Positions 36,373 through 51,800 are shown, counted from the whole stretch's first letter. The stretch is DNA of 63,868 nucleotides, filler included, from Welwitschia mirabilis (GCA_051453625.1; 6 parts of one record of this genome joined end to end with filler, not necessarily neighbours in it), one strand, 5' to 3'. The notes: a model not told the origin generated them from the letters alone. Program-made: numbers and translations.

Positions 36373-37049
36373 TAAAGAACCATGGTTAAGAACTATAAAT
36401 CTTTTATCCTTAAAATGTAACTAATATTACTCTTAAATGATGTTTTATTTTTAAAGTACAAGAAGATTACCAAAGACATTTTCATCATTTGTTGGATTAT
36501 TAAATTAAATCCAAGGTACAAGTCATCATAAACTCAGTGAAGGAGAGGAAGAATGTTAACATCAAAATTATAGCAAATTACTATGCTAAAGAAAAATTAA
36601 GTGATCACCATTTACTGTACTTTTCTTTACTTGAAGCTAAAACTAGAATGTAACATCTTTAAGAATTTGATGCTTAACCACTAATGGAAGATCATATTCA
36701 TGTTCTTTCTACTAAAAAATAACTTTATGATGAAGCTTTCAAATAAAATAAAGAACAAATGAGTAAAACGCCTTCAAATAGAGAGTCAATTAATAGACAA
36801 ATTTGGTTGGGTGTCAAGAATGATATCATTAATGCTTGGTTGAAAGTTTTTATAAATTTTAGAAATCCATTTTCAAACATTTTATGCAAGTATAAAGTAA
36901 TAAAAAGCATGAAAAAAGAAATCTTATGTACCACATAGAGGACATTGTAGAGAAACAAATCCCATGTAATAGATATAGATTCCAATGGAAAGATCTTGAT
37001 GATTTAGATACCATAAATGGTGAAAACTTTCTAGATGTCCTTTACCATT

Positions 37050-37780
37050 CTCTTCTAAACATTGTGATGACAACTACATCTTTAAAGACTTTTTGAATTT
37101 GAAATGAATAAAATCATTTTTGTTAGTTATGTTATAATAAACTCTAAAAATAAACATGAAAATAAAAAAATTAAACCCACCATTCCTCTAAATAATATCT
37201 AGAAATATTTGATGCAAAATGTTGTCTACTCAAAAAGTAATGTTTTAAATATTTTTCTCCTCATTTTATTTATTTCATAGAGTAAAGAAACCTCATCTCA
37301 TGTAATTCATATATCATGAAATGATAGGCATAAAACTATATTAATTTGTAATTTGATCCTAGCAGTGTACAATCTAGATTAAGGAAGAGCCTAAGCACCG
37401 ACATATAAATAATAATAATAATAAAAGGATATCATGGATTAATTCGTTAAAATAGATGTCCAAAAATTTAATCTAGTTATAATTTCAATACCTAGTAAGC
37501 ACACATCAATTTTTAAAAATTTATTTAAGCACTAAAAAATCATAAATAGAAATGGTATGAGCAAAAAGAAAATATCGAAGAAGAGTGCTGGAAATCTAGT
37601 TATTAAAATTTTTTGGTTTTTCCTACTTATGGCTATTTTTCAAAAGAAGCATCTAAGAATCATTACCATTAATACATTTAGTAATTCATTTATCTAAAAG
37701 AGAAATAACTTTATTATAATAATTAATAATGTCAAGCCCTCCATCTTTCTGACTAGTGCGAAAAACACCCTAGGAAGCTT
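37050..37780. repeat. Unclassified ~740-bp direct repeat, copy 2
   Basis: See 29908-30645. Confidence 0.9.
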
Positions 37781-39678
37781 TAGGTAATCCTTTAGAATTT
37801 TGAGTAGTAGATAATAAAAATCAATGAATCCCTTAATTATATCTATCACAAGAAGATCTAGAAAGAGTCAAATAGATTAAATAATATATATGGATTGATT
37901 GGAGAATTTATTTAACTATAAAAAGTTTTTCCCAGAGATTAATCTTTCTTCCTTTCCATTTTTCTAGCTTCTTCTCAACTCCTTTTAATAAAATAATGTC
38001 ATAAAATACTTATATTAACTTCAAAATAGAAAAGGAATTCCTAAAAACTTAATGGAATTCTATTATAAAAAAATTTTAATTTTTATGGAAACCCACTTAT
38101 TGATGTTATCTTTGTAATGAATAGTAGACTTTAATAATTTATTTGAGATCCATATGGCTTATAATATTCCTTTGCTCTTATTACTAACTTACTAACATGT
38201 TATGTAGAATTTTTAATCATGAAGAAAGAATCACTTACAAATAGTATGTTGAGGAATTATGTACCTCTAATAGCTATTGGAATTCCCTTAATGATTCCTT
38301 TTATGATTCATAATGAAGGATATATGAAAGATAATATATAGCAATAAGGAAAGCGTAAGAAGCTAGAGTACACCCTTGATGTATGAAGCCATGAAGAGTA
38401 AAGAAGGGGCTTAATCTAAAGTTTGTAGTAACTTAAGCACTTGCATAATTAAGTATACACTAAATGAATAAAATAGTTACTAAATCCTAATTTTTCAAGG
38501 TAGAAAATAATAAAACCTAACTCAATTATATCATAAAATTTGGCATAATCTAAGTTGATAAAAGTGATATCTTGATTTATGTAAAAATTTTGTTGCCTCC
38601 TCTTTCAAGCTATACTTACATTATTCAAGATGTATGTACCTTTGGTATAGCCTGCTATCTTAAGTTTTATAATGTAATGAGATGATTATTTTGCTTAAAT
38701 TTTATAAGTATTAGTAAGAAGAGTAATAGACCTCCAATTGCTAATATATTAAAGATCTATATCCTTTGAAAGGAGTTGAATTACACCTTTATTAATATTT
38801 TGATTAAGTAAAATCTATTTATTTATTCTTGGAAAATACAAAATAGATAATCTCTAATGATGTCATAATGGTTTTTAAATAATTATATAATAAAACCATC
38901 AAATTCAAGGGCTTTATGATCTACTAAACCGAACATTATAATTTCTGCTTTAAGAACATGTTGATGTAATTTTGTAATGAAATGAAAAATATGAATACTA
39001 AAGGCTTCAAAAGATCTCTTAGAGGAGGACAAATTAGAAAAATGATTTTCCAAAAAACTATTAAAAGTTTCAAGATCATTAGTAATAAAAACCATTTACA
39101 TATAGTGATTTTAATTTAGAAAGCTAACATATTCCTTTGAAAAATCTAAAAAATGCTTTGTATAGTTCATCTATAATTTGAAGCTAGGATAAATGAATTA
39201 TGACTGGAGCACTTTTTACTTTAAAAACCTTTCAATATGACTTAGTTTTATGGAATTTTTTCAAAGACTTTATTAAATGGATTTTGCTATAAAAGAAACT
39301 ATATTTGTTTAATATCCTCCATAATCTCCCATTCAATTTGATGCCTTTTTCTTAGCAAGTTACTTTCTAAATCATTATGCATAATTTTTATGTGTAGTAT
39401 GATGGCACCAATCAATCTGACCAATACCATTAGTGAGTATTTTCTCTACATTCCACAATGATTTTAAACTATTTTTTTCACTTGGACCTATAAACATATG
39501 CATATTTAGATGAAACATCTTCTATGTTCAAAAAGAAAATGAAAAACAATCCACCCTAGATAGAAAAATAATAATAGTAAAATAATCTGAGAAAGTAAAA
39601 TTTTTATAGACTTTCACTCTTATATTTTGTATCCAAAATGAATCATTGAAAAAATAGAATTTATTCAATCATGAGAGA

Positions 39679-40645
39679 TAACATAAGAGATAAAATATTT
39701 TTCTTTACAATTACATCAATCTTCAATTTTTTTAAAGTAGAGATAATAGAAGTAAGACTAGCAAGTTTATCAAAAGGCTTTTAACCATTTTTAAATTGCC
39801 TCTAATAATTCATGAAACCTTTAGAAGAGAAAGAACACATTATTAAACCTTAGATTAAGACTTTGAATTATTTGGTGCATAAAAATTATAAAGTCAAAAA
39901 ATCCCTTTTTATAGATCAAATTAAAATTTTTTATCACTTTACATTTTATTAAGTAATAGAGAAATACCTCGTTTATTGACTTTTTGATCAACTAAAAAGA
40001 ATTTAAAAATTTTTTAAAAACTAATTTTTGTGAAGATAAAAAACATTTTTTATAAACTATTTTTTTTTATTTTAGGAATTAGATCTCTCATGAATATTTT
40101 AAAAAGAAAACATAACTTATCAAAATATATATTAATAGCTAAATAGTAGTATTATGCAAAATTGATGAAAAATAAAAACATCATCACTTTTAAAGAAGGA
40201 ATGCTACTACTACCACACTATAAAGAGAAGAACAAAGAAATAAGTCAAACTAAATATCATTTTACTTCATCTTATTTTAGTAGGAAAGCCATTTTTAACC
40301 TCCTTCTTTTATTATTACTCTTCCTTTCATTCTAAGTTAGTTATCCATTATGCTTTAGTGGTGATAACCTAACTATTATAGAATATCTACCATTTCACAT
40401 TTCGTTATTCTTATTATTACCCTATGAAGTCCTTTGTATTATTGTATTATTGTTCGGGATTTCAAAGTTGCATTATACCTAGTATGATACTCAAGTACTC
40501 TTTTAAGAGAGATACTTTGCTTTTAAGATTAGCCATAAGCTGAACCCATAGTAAGCAAGCCTAAAGGGTTGAGTTAGCTACCTTATGATGGAAGGATCTT
40601 TTATCCTAAGCATTGAAAGATAAGTGATAAGCCTTAAACATAGTT
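39679..40645. repeat. ~1-kb direct repeat, copy 1
   Basis: High-identity collinear match to 41153-42135, with two indels. Confidence 0.92.
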
Positions 40646-41152
40646 AAGAATAACCCCACGTTTTTATTAACTTGTTATCTTTTGATAACCCTCCCCTTCC
40701 AAAAGCCCCTTTTACCATCTTGTGATGTCATAATCATCTATTTCCCATTGTTATCACCTCTCATCCCCTTTGCTTTACTTCCCACTCTCCCATACCCTAA
40801 GCTATCCTTATCCATTTTTATAATTATGGCAAATGTCATTTATCGCTTATGTTTTTCATTTTGTACATTTGTCCCTTTCACCTTATTAAGTTAAATCACC
40901 AGCCATATCCCTGTTCTTTTACATTTATCCCTTGGAAATCCCTCATCTCCATTACATTCACTTTATTATTAAAAAGTTAAGAAAAAAAAGAAAAGAAAAT
41001 TTTTTAAATAAAGAGAAAAATTTCAAAAAAATAAAAGAGAAAATTCATAAAATTAAGAAAAAATATATTTAAAAAATAGAATTTATTTAATCAAGAGTAA
41101 ATTCTATCACTTCCTTGTTGATAAGTACATTATGTATTATTGACTAGCAGGT

Positions 41153-42135
41153 AACATGAGAGATAGAATATTTTTGTTTACAATTACATCAATTTTCATC
41201 CTTTTTTTTTATAAGTAGAGATAATAGAAATAAGACTAGCAAGTTTATCAAAAGGATTTTAACCATTTTTAAATTACCTCTAGTAATCCATGAAACCTTT
41301 AGGAGAGAAAGCAGACATTCTTAAACCTTAGATTGAGACTTTGGATTATTTGGTGCATAAAAATTATAAAGTCAAAAAATTCCCTTTTTCATTTTAGTAA
41401 ATAATCCAAACATCTTAACTATAGAAATCAGATCAAATTAAAAATTTTTATTACTTTACATTTTATTAACTAGTAGAGAAATACCTCATTTATTGATTTT
41501 CTAATCAACTAAAAAGACTTTAAATTTTTTTAAAAACTAATTTTTTGAAGATAAAAAAACATTTTTTTATAAACTATTTTTTTATTTTAGGAATTAGATC
41601 TCTCATGAATATTTAGAAAAGAAAAAATAACTTATCAAAATAAATATTAATGGCTAAATAGTAGTATTATGCAAAATTAATGAAAAATAAAAATGTAATC
41701 ACTTTTAAAGAAGGAATGCTGCTACTACTACACTATAAAGAGAAGGAAAAAGAAACAAGTCAAACTAAAGTAGGAAAGACATTTTTAATCTCCTTCTTTT
41801 ATTATTGCTCTTTATTTCATTCTAAGTTAGTTATCCATTATGCTTTAGTGGTGGGAACCTAACTATTATAGAATATCTATCATTTTACATTTCATTTTTC
41901 TTATTATTAGCCTATGGAAGTCCTTTGTATTGGTGTGTTATTATTCGAGATTTCAAAGTTGCATTATACCTAGTATGATACTGAAGTATTCTTTTAAGAG
42001 AGACACTTTGCTTTTAAGATTAGCAATAAGCTGAACCCATAGTAAGCAAGCCTAAAGGGTTGAGTCAGCTACCTTATGATGGAAAGCTCTTTTATCCTAA
42101 GCATTAAAAGGTAAGTAATAAGCCTTAAACATAGT
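41153..42135. repeat. ~1-kb direct repeat, copy 2
   Basis: See copy 1. Both end GCCTTAAACATAGTT. Confidence 0.92.
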
Positions 42136-42444
42136 TGAATTATGATGCAAGTAACTCATTGTAATCAGAATTGTATGATTGAGCATGAGATATAAAACAT
42201 GCTTTTAAGTTAAGTAACAAGATCCAAAGGTATGTAAGTTTTGACCCTTTAAGTGTGGGGTGGGAAACTACATAAATTTAGTAAGAATTTATTTGGTATT
42301 ATAGGTTTTCATTTTCTTATTAGTAGTTAGCTTTTATGGTTAAAATTATTATTGGAGCTCATTCATCCTTCCCTTCTAAGTTTGATGATCTACATGTGGT
42401 TTTAGAACCAGCTCTCACAAAAATGCTTATGAATCCTTACATTA

Positions 42445-42890
42445 ATCATAGTAGAGGGGTTCTCAATCACTATATTCCCCTATTGAATGGGAAAAACTAT
42501 TTATATTAGAAGATAATGATATGGATTTAATTTTAGTCGCTTAAGTTTAAAATGCGACAGAACAATGAAGGTGATACACAATACTTATTAAGACTATCAA
42601 AAATGTTACTAAAGTATGCATCACTAGACTAAAAGGTTAAAAAAAAAAAAAATTTTGAACACTTACAAAATAGAGTACTTACATGTATGATTGTAGGGTG
42701 AAACGTGCTTTATACTATGCCCTTTTAGCTAAGGAATTTAATAGTGTAGCTATAAAAAATAGCACAAAAGAAGTATGGAACATTCTTAAAACTACATATA
42801 AATGTACTTCCACTATCAACTATATAAGATATTGGTTTTAATAAATCAATTCAAAAATCTCAAGATGAATGAAGGAGAAGGATACATAAG
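42445..42890 (+). pseudogene. Ty1/copia (Sirevirus-type) gag N-terminal remnant, interrupted by Athila-like C
   Basis: EGFSIT..PLLNGKNYLY*K, KEFNSV....STKEVWNILKTTY, NQFKNLKMNEGE. Confidence 0.78.
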
Positions 42891-42893
42891 TAC

Positions 42894-45800
42894 TATTACA
42901 ATATCAATTTATAGTATTTTGAGGGGATTAAGTACTTTTGTAGGATATTTGTATAGGTTTGATGTAATTTTAATGATTATAGAGAATTGAGGAGGTGATC
43001 ATTAAAAGATGAAATTCTTTATATATTTGGAGGCATCTTAGGCTTATTCTAATGCTTCATTCCTTGAAGAAAGGTTAACAATGTAGAAGAATGATTTCCC
43101 TTAAGTAAGAAAGATAAAAAGGCCTATCATTCCCTCCATCATCCCCATGATAGTTAGGACGATAGCACTGCTAACAAGAACTAGATCTATGGAGTTGACC
43201 AGAAATCTTGAAGTTGATAGATTGCATCTTGTTATGAAGTATCATTTCCAATGTCATCCCCATAATAATTAGGATGATAACTATTTTGTATCAATGGAAA
43301 GAATTATCTTTGTAATGGGGTCATATGTCCCATGTGAGTTGCTAGGGTTGCTTCTCTAACCTTTAGGGTTATAATTTTAGAACTTTAATATAAAAATATA
43401 ACTACCCCCTTTACCTTTACTTCCATTTCCATCTTTTATATATGATCTTCTTGTGATGGAATATTAAAGGACAAGAGATCCATCCATTAGCTATAGAGAG
43501 AATATTTCCTTAGTATTGGGCTTGGTATCCTTCATTGAAGTGTTACTACTTTGTTATAAAAGGATGTTAAATTGATGATTAATTCAAGAACTTTTTTCAC
43601 TCATATTGCTTAAAATTTTCTTATGGTTTAAGTTTATTATGATTTGGTGATAGATTCATAACCTATTTAGATCATAAGCACAACCTTTGTTAAGGTTGAC
43701 ATTCTTAGTTTAGATCTTGCATTGCATTTTATTTTATTCCATTTTTATAGTTACATTATTTATATTATTTTTAGCATATCTTATAGCTTATGTTGGTTAG
43801 GAATAAGTGATAAAGTTTACCTAATTGATCTACATTATAAGGGTTAATCTTGGTAATAGAAAGATTAGTATTCAAATAAACTAATCATTTATCCATTTGC
43901 ATTTCATCATCATTCATTTTGCATTGCATTTGCATTGTCCTTTATCTTCATTTATTAAAGAAAAAATATTAAAAATAATTTGTGAAATCAATTATCTAAC
44001 TCCTATCCTAGTGCCTTCAATAGATTTCAACATTCTAGTTGACTCTCATCTATACTAGTACATGTTTTTTTGCAAGTATTTTAATCTATAGGATTTGTCG
44101 AAGGAATTAAAGATTACTTGAATTCACATTGTAATATTTTAGAATCATTGTTAAGAAAGGCTGCAAGAAGATAGAGGATTATCACTATCTAGATAAATGC
44201 TTTGGATTTTAGTTCAAGTTATTTATTTGAAATGGTGCTATATTTTTTTCCCTTCTAGTTTAGTAGGTTTATTTTGGTGATTTTAGTTTTATGTAGTTTA
44301 AAAAAATCAGTGTTGTCACTTCAATCATTCCTATGATACTAAAAATAATAGTTATAGATTTTTGAATTTATTTTTATTTTTGTAAAAATTTTCTATCTCT
44401 CAGTAGTAGTAATAAAATATTATTGTCTTCTATATCATCCCCATGATAATTTGGATGATAGTGTGTTTCTTTAGTTATGACAAATTTTCTTTGTTTTTAG
44501 TTTTTTATTGTTATGATCATTGTTTCTCTTATCAATTTCATGGTTAGATGGATGACTATTAGGTTTTTTTTGTTTCAATTTTTATCTGAAGTATGTAGGG
44601 ACATTGTGAATTCTCATAGAAAGACAAAATATTAGAGAGAATAGAACTGGATTAAGGAAAATATTAGAGAAGGGTTATTTAACTTTAAGAAAATTCAAGG
44701 AATGCACACTCTAGATACAGAAATTCTAAGAATTAAAGAATAATATTTTTCTACTTTTATTAATTTAGAGTCAAATTTTGCAAAGGAAAATTATGAAAAT
44801 AATAGCATATAAACAGATTGTGTTATTTCTTTTTCATCTATGTTAAAATATTTATAAAAACAAAAATAAGTTACTTCATCTAATATGCTAATCATGATAG
44901 TAACTTTAACCTTAAATGCAAATCTTGCACTTGAAGATCAAATTGCTAATAGAATGTAAAATTCAAAATTCTTTCAATTTATCTGCTAGTGATGATGTCG
45001 AGTTAAGGAACTTGAATGCCTATCCAACATCTTTGAGGGAATCTGATGAGGACCCTTTTCAACATCTAGCTAATATTGAATAAGTTGTACTTACCTTAGA
45101 AAATGAGAAGAAATACATTAGTGATTATAATTATATGATCATCTTTCTAGTTATACTTTGAGAAAAGGCAAAACTTTGGATTAAAACCATTCCATACAAG
45201 AGTTTTAAATCATGGAGTCAAGTGTGAGAAGTATTTATTAAAAGATTTTTGAGTGAATGTTCCCTGATAAAAAGAAGAAATGAAGTTACCAGCGTCTAAT
45301 AAAAACTTTCTGAGAATTATGTCACCACTTATAAGCATTTTATCATATTTATTCATTCCAATCTTGTTAATGAATTTTGCAAAGACGAATTGATAGATTA
45401 TTTCTACAGGGGATTTAGTAGTCAAACCAAACAACTTGTAAAATTTTCTTATGGTGGCGACTTGATGAAATTAATTTTATATGATGCATGGAATTTATTG
45501 GAAAATCTATAAACATGTTCAAAATTCACTTCTAAGAAAAATCAAATTATAGGCCAAACCATAAGAGATTTAGAGGAAGTAAAACATGATAAGGAAGAAG
45601 AAAAAGGTGATTTAACTAACATAATTAAGGATTTCACTACCACTTTGAAGAAGTATACTTAAATGATAGTTGATGAAAAGATAGTAAAAGATGAAAACAC
45701 AACTTCAACATGTGATATTTGTAAAGACAACTATCTTCAAACTAAAAAATGGCCTTTGTTACTAACTTGTAAAGAGAGGATGTTTGAGGAAGTATATGCA

Positions 45801-48800
45801 TTCAATCAAAGAATACCTAACTTTGAAAGTAAATCACAATTTTAACAAAGATTTAGTGGAGAATCACATTGGAAACCTCTTGAGAATAGATTCAAGAATT
45901 TAAAATTTCAATCAAATAACTCCAATTTTCAATCAAATCATAATCATCCTCTTAGAAATTCTATATAAGAGTTAAAAAGTATGTAAGAAAAGACTAATAA
46001 TAACATTGAAAACTTATTGAATATGCTTTAGTACAAAATGCCTACCAATCAAAGACCATAAAGGACTCTTAAATATCAACCTTTACCTAACCCAAATGAA
46101 GTTGAAAGTGATTTAGAGATACTGACAAGACAACAAAATGATACAACACCTTCTACTCATAAGGTCTTAACTTCCAAAATAATGAAAAAGGAATGAAGAC
46201 GATGATGTAGAAATTTTGATTACATATACCTTCCCTTTAACACTAGAAGCTAATCCCATCACTAAAAATTCTTCATAAGAAAACAAAAGGAAGAAACCAT
46301 CTACTCCTTGGCTTGAGAGGTTAAANNNNNNNNNNNNNNNNNNNNNNNNNNNNNNNNNNNNNNNNNNNNNNNNNNNNNNNNNNNNNNNNNNNNNNNNNNN
46401 NNNNNNNNNNNNNNNNNNNNNNNNNNNNNNNNNNNNNNNNNNNNNNNNNNNNNNNNNNNNNNNNNNNNNNNNNNNNNNNNNNNNNNNNNNNNNNNNNNNN
46501 NNNNNNNNNNNNNNNNNNNNNNNNNNNNNNNNNNNNNNNNNNNNNNNNNNNNNNNNNNNNNNNNNNNNNNNNNNNNNNNNNNNNNNNNNNNNNNNNNNNN
46601 NNNNNNNNNNNNNNNNNNNNNNNNNNNNNNNNNNNNNNNNNNNNNNNNNNNNNNNNNNNNNNNNNNNNNNNNTATATAAATTATTTTGAAATTAGCTGAT
46701 ACTTTAACTAATAAATCCTTAGGGATGATTAAGGACTTAATTATCCAAATAGAAGAAGCTTTCTATCCCTTAGATGTAGTCATCACTGAGGTAGAACATG
46801 ATGGAGGTTATTCACTACTATTAAGAAGATCCTTTTGTACAACTTCTCACTATATCATGAACACATAGGATGGAATGATGAAATGTCATATAGGTAATAA
46901 GAAGTTCATCATTTGAGTTTTTGATGCTATTAAAATAGAAATAGAAAATGAGTATAACTTAAAAGAATAACATAGACCAACCTTATTTTTACAACATTAC
47001 CCAACTAAAAAGAGATTGGTAATGCTACATGAACCAACTTTATATGATGACCAAACTGAAATACACTGTTTTGAGTATGAGAATGAGGAATTTTTCAACT
47101 GGGAGAAAATCCAATATGTTTACTTACTAGAAAACCTTTTTGAAAGGTGTCATTTCCCAATGTCATCCCTAAGACATTCTAAGATGATAGCCATTGATGA
47201 TAATTTAGTACCCAAACTTAAAAATTTCAACTTAGAACTAAAAGAGTTACCTAAAGGTCTAAAATACATTTTTTAATCTAATAATCCAAAGAAACCCTTA
47301 ATAATAAGTGACCTTCTTAACTCTCAAAAAAATCTAACTATATCTCACTTTAAACTTCTAAAGAAGATGCTTTTACTTAGACCCTAATAACTTACCTACC
47401 ATCCCTCCTTCTATAGTCAAACAAGAAATCTATGTCAAGGATAATGCTAAGCCTATTAGATAGCTCCAACAAGGACTTAACCCACTTCTTAAGTAAGTAT
47501 TTAAAGATTAAATTATTAAACTTATGGATGTTATGATCATCTTTCATATATTCGATAGTGAGTGGATTAGACATTTCATAGTAGTTCCAAAAAAGGGTAG
47601 GAAATGGAGAATTTGCATTGATTTTAGAAAACTTAATTAGGTCAATAAGAAAGATCATTATCCCTTATTCTTTCTTGATCAATTACTTGATAGAATTCAA
47701 GGACATGCCTATTATTGTTTTCTTGATGGATATAGTGGCTACAATCAAGTTTTCATAACAAGTAAAGACTAAGAAAAAATAAAATTTACCTCCACTTTTA
47801 TAACCTTTGTCTTTAGAAGAAGACTTTTTGGACTTTGTAATGTCCTTAGGAATTTATAATGAGTAATGATGGGGATATTTTTTGATATAATAGAGGATTA
47901 TATTAAAATATTTATAGATGACTTCTCTATCTTTGATAAAACTTTTGAATAAATCATAGAAAGGTTAGAGAAAGTCTTAGATTAATGTATAGAGAGTGGT
48001 TTACAATTAAGTTGAAAATAAAGTTTCCTCCTTATTAATAATGAAATTGATTTAGATCAACATATTTTTAGTAAAGGGATTAAGATGGACCTTGCAAAAG
48101 TTGATATCATTAGAAATCTGAATTCTCCAACTAATGTTAAATAAGTTAGATCATTCCTTGGTCATCTAGTTTCTATTATTGTTTTATTTATGATTATGCT
48201 AAGGTTTGTAAACCCCTTTACTCATCACTTGAAAAAGATATCAAATTTGATTGGAATGATTCATGTCAATTTGCTTTTAACATACTTAAGAATAAAATTT
48301 CTTCTAAACCTATTATCACAGGTCCCAATTGGACTAAAGATTTTGAACTCATGTGTGACATAAGCAACATTGTTGTGGATGAGGTTCTTGGCCAAAACTA
48401 TGAAAATGGTTTTAAAGTTATATCCTATCTTAGTAAAACTTTGTCCAAAGCCTAATTCAACTACATTACTACTAAAAGCAAAATGCTTACCATCATATTT
48501 TTCCTTAATCATTTTAAACACCATCTTCTTATCTTTCATACTAGTGTTTATATAGATCATGCAGTCATACGATATCTTATGACTAAAAAAGTCTCTAGTA
48601 CTAAACTTATTAGTGAATCTTTCACATGTATGAATTTAATATTACCATCATTAATAAGGCTGGAAAACATAGTAGAATTATAGATCACTTATCTCAACTC
48701 TCTTGTTCTCATGATGAAATTGCCATAAAGGACTCCTGCTTAGATGAATAACTATTTGTTGTTGAACGACTTTATGCCATCTCTTCTACTTATCATGCTT

Positions 48801-51800
48801 CTTAGTATTCTCATATTGTAAACTAGCTTGTTACCATAAAAACACTAAAATCATAACCAACAAAAGTCTTTTCTCTATATAATTGGTGACTATGAGTGGG
48901 ATGAACTCCATATTTACCGAAGATTCAAAAATCAAATCATGTGTAAATGTATGTGTGAATGGGAAAGATTTGATATTCTTAACCTTTGCTATGATGGGGT
49001 ATGGATGGGATACTTTAGTGGCCAAAATACTATAATAAAAATTCTTCATTATTATTTCTATTGGCCTACCCCTTTTAAAAAGTCGTTTGACTTTACTAAA
49101 AGATGCAATGCTTGTAAATATTATGATAGTATAATGCGTCCTCAAGTTATGCTACTTAAACCTATGCTTGAATATGAACCTTTTGGTTATTAAGGGGTTG
49201 ACTCTATAGGCCCTATCAAACCACCTTCTTATAATAAAAATTACATCCTAATGGTTGTTAATTATGTTATCAAGTTAGACAAAGTTACTCCTATTACAAA
49301 GAATGATGCCTAGACTATTTGCAATTTTGTTTAAACTCATATATTTCAATGCTTTGGTTTTTCTAGAATCATAATTAGTAATCAAATAACTCATTTTATT
49401 AATAACCTATTTTGGAAACTTCTTTTATCCATCAAAATTAAACATAAGATTACATGTTCTTATCATTCATAAACTAATGGCCAAGTAAAAAATGTGAATA
49501 GAAAAATTAAAAAAATGCTTCAAAAATTAGTCTCTAGTAATAAGAAAACTTGGTCCTCTAAATGTAATGATATTCTTTAGGCTTACTATACTAGTTGGTG
49601 AAACTCTCTAGGTTTTTTACCTTATGAACTTATGTATAGAAAAATTTGTATCTTGCTAGTTTATGTTTTCTTTAACTCCTATCGATCCACTCATCAACTT
49701 AACCTTGTAAACTTGAATGACCTTCTAAACTTAAATGAAAATCTTAAGATTTGATTAGTGTAACTTGATCATTTAGATGAAAAGCATACTTGTGTTATAC
49801 ATTATTAGCTAAATTATAAATCCCAAGATAAGTTTAAACATGATAACAAGATTCTCCATATGCAATTTAAACCTAGTTAACTCATTTTTTTATATAATAC
49901 CAGAGTACCCCTTTTACACAACAAGTTAACCTATAAATGGTTAGTTTCTTATCTTATAAAAAAAAGTGCATTCCAATGGCTTAGTTAAAATATCCAATTT
50001 AAATACTAGGAAAATTTGAAAAGTCAATGAACAAAGATTAAAATTTATAAGTCATCAATTGATAAAACTTTAAACATAATAGAAGCACTTGACTTGATAT
50101 CTCCTCTTCATGAGAAACACTTTCCTCTTACTATTGTTTAAACTTCTTCTTAAATAATTCCTTCGGTGAACGTCATGCTATTACTTGAACATCTTTGACC
50201 TGACTTATGTATTACTTTATGAAGTTACCATGACTATTAATATTTTACTTGAAAATTTTAAAATGATAAAAACAGATTCATTGAATTTTAAGAAATTTTT
50301 ATATCTAGGAACTTCATTTAGAAGGAAGATTTCTTGGGTCTTTTGTTCTCTTTTAATGGTGTGAGTATCTAGTTTTTTTTGCATGCTCTTACTTATTTCT
50401 CATCTTATTACTTCACTTTCATCCTTATAAGTACTTAATTATGTGAAATCTTTTCACTCCCCCATCCCCCACCTTTTTGTCTTATCAGAAAAAAATGAAG
50501 AAATAAATAATGATCATAACCTTTCATATTTAAGATAAAACCATGGTCACCATGATGTCCTATTACAATCGCACCAATCTAAATTTTCCTAAGGGGGCCT
50601 TTGGCAGGGTGATTGTTAGCTAAGAAAACTCCATTAGGGGGTTAGTTGACCATGCTCTCTGGGTCCTAACTCCTCTAACAGTGGTTGCACTTTCCTCATC
50701 ATGATAAAATAAGTTCTTTTTTAGTTAAAGACTATAGGATCAGTGAGATCCTTGGTGTTATCAAAGGTATTGCCTATTATCTAGACTTATTATGCATATA
50801 GTACTTCCACATGATCATTTTACTTTTTTCGATTCTAGTGTTGTTTTTATGTGTGCACTAGTGGTTTTATGTTTTAAAAACTTTTGATCTTATCATTCAT
50901 TGTTTGAAAACATTAGACATACTTGACATTATCATAGTCATTACTTATTTAAATGGTACTTTATGTGTTTTTACATACTATTATGCATTTTTCATTAGGT
51001 TATTTTAGGATTTTTACTAAGGGAATTTGTAAAGTTAGAATATAGTGTAGGTAAAACAATCTTCTTTATTTTCCTAGTTGTCCATTTTTACTTTTGTTTT
51101 TCTTTAGCTATTTTTATTAGGTTCTTTAAAGTCATTATTGTACTTTGTTAACATAATATTTTAGATTTGATCATTTAGTAGTTTCTTATTGATATTACTC
51201 ATAGTTTTTATACATGAGGGTTATTTTCTTTTTGATAGGTGATGATGATACTTTTCCTTTTGAGTTTTAATTTCTTACTTTTCCATGCTTACTAAATTTG
51301 GAGATATTTGAGGATTTATTTTGAGCATTGCCTCTTTCTACTTAGTGCATTATTATGGTCCCATGATTTTCTATTTAAGTCATTTCCACATGAATATCTC
51401 TTTTCCCCATGATCATTTCTTTTGAGAATGATTCTTCACTTTTTACCATCTCTCTAATTTTTTGCTAATTTTCTAATGCTTGATTGTTGTTGTCCTTTCT
51501 TTTAGACTTTTTTTGGTTTTTCTTCTCTTTCCAACATATCTTTTACTGAGTGTCATCCCACATCTATCATTTTCATGGTAGATATAAGAACACTAATCCT
51601 TTTATCTCTATGCAATCTAGGATGTCTTGATTCATCTAGGAGGATATGACATCTTTTTGAGTTACTTCTAAGATATTGAGTAAAAATTTTAATTTTAAAA
51701 GAATCATTTTGCTTGATCTTTCACAATACATATTTTTTATGAGTTTGATTAATTTTTTATTGATATTATATAGTAAGATCACAACAACACAATTATAGAA

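Noticed and set aside
36795..36850. WLGVKNDIINAWL as a Ulp1/C48 protease motif of MULEs
   Set aside because: The similarity is too short, and no catalytic His/Cys motifs were found nearby.
42294..42305. TGGTATTATAGG as the PBS of the copia gag remnant
   Set aside because: Plausible by position, but only 9/12 and with no clear LTR CA end, so not reported as a feature.
45040..45065. CTGATGA motifs (also ~16355, ~52346) as hammerhead ribozyme / retrozyme cores
   Set aside because: No stem II-GAAA or stems I/III could be formed. The first lies in gag coding sequence (DEDP).
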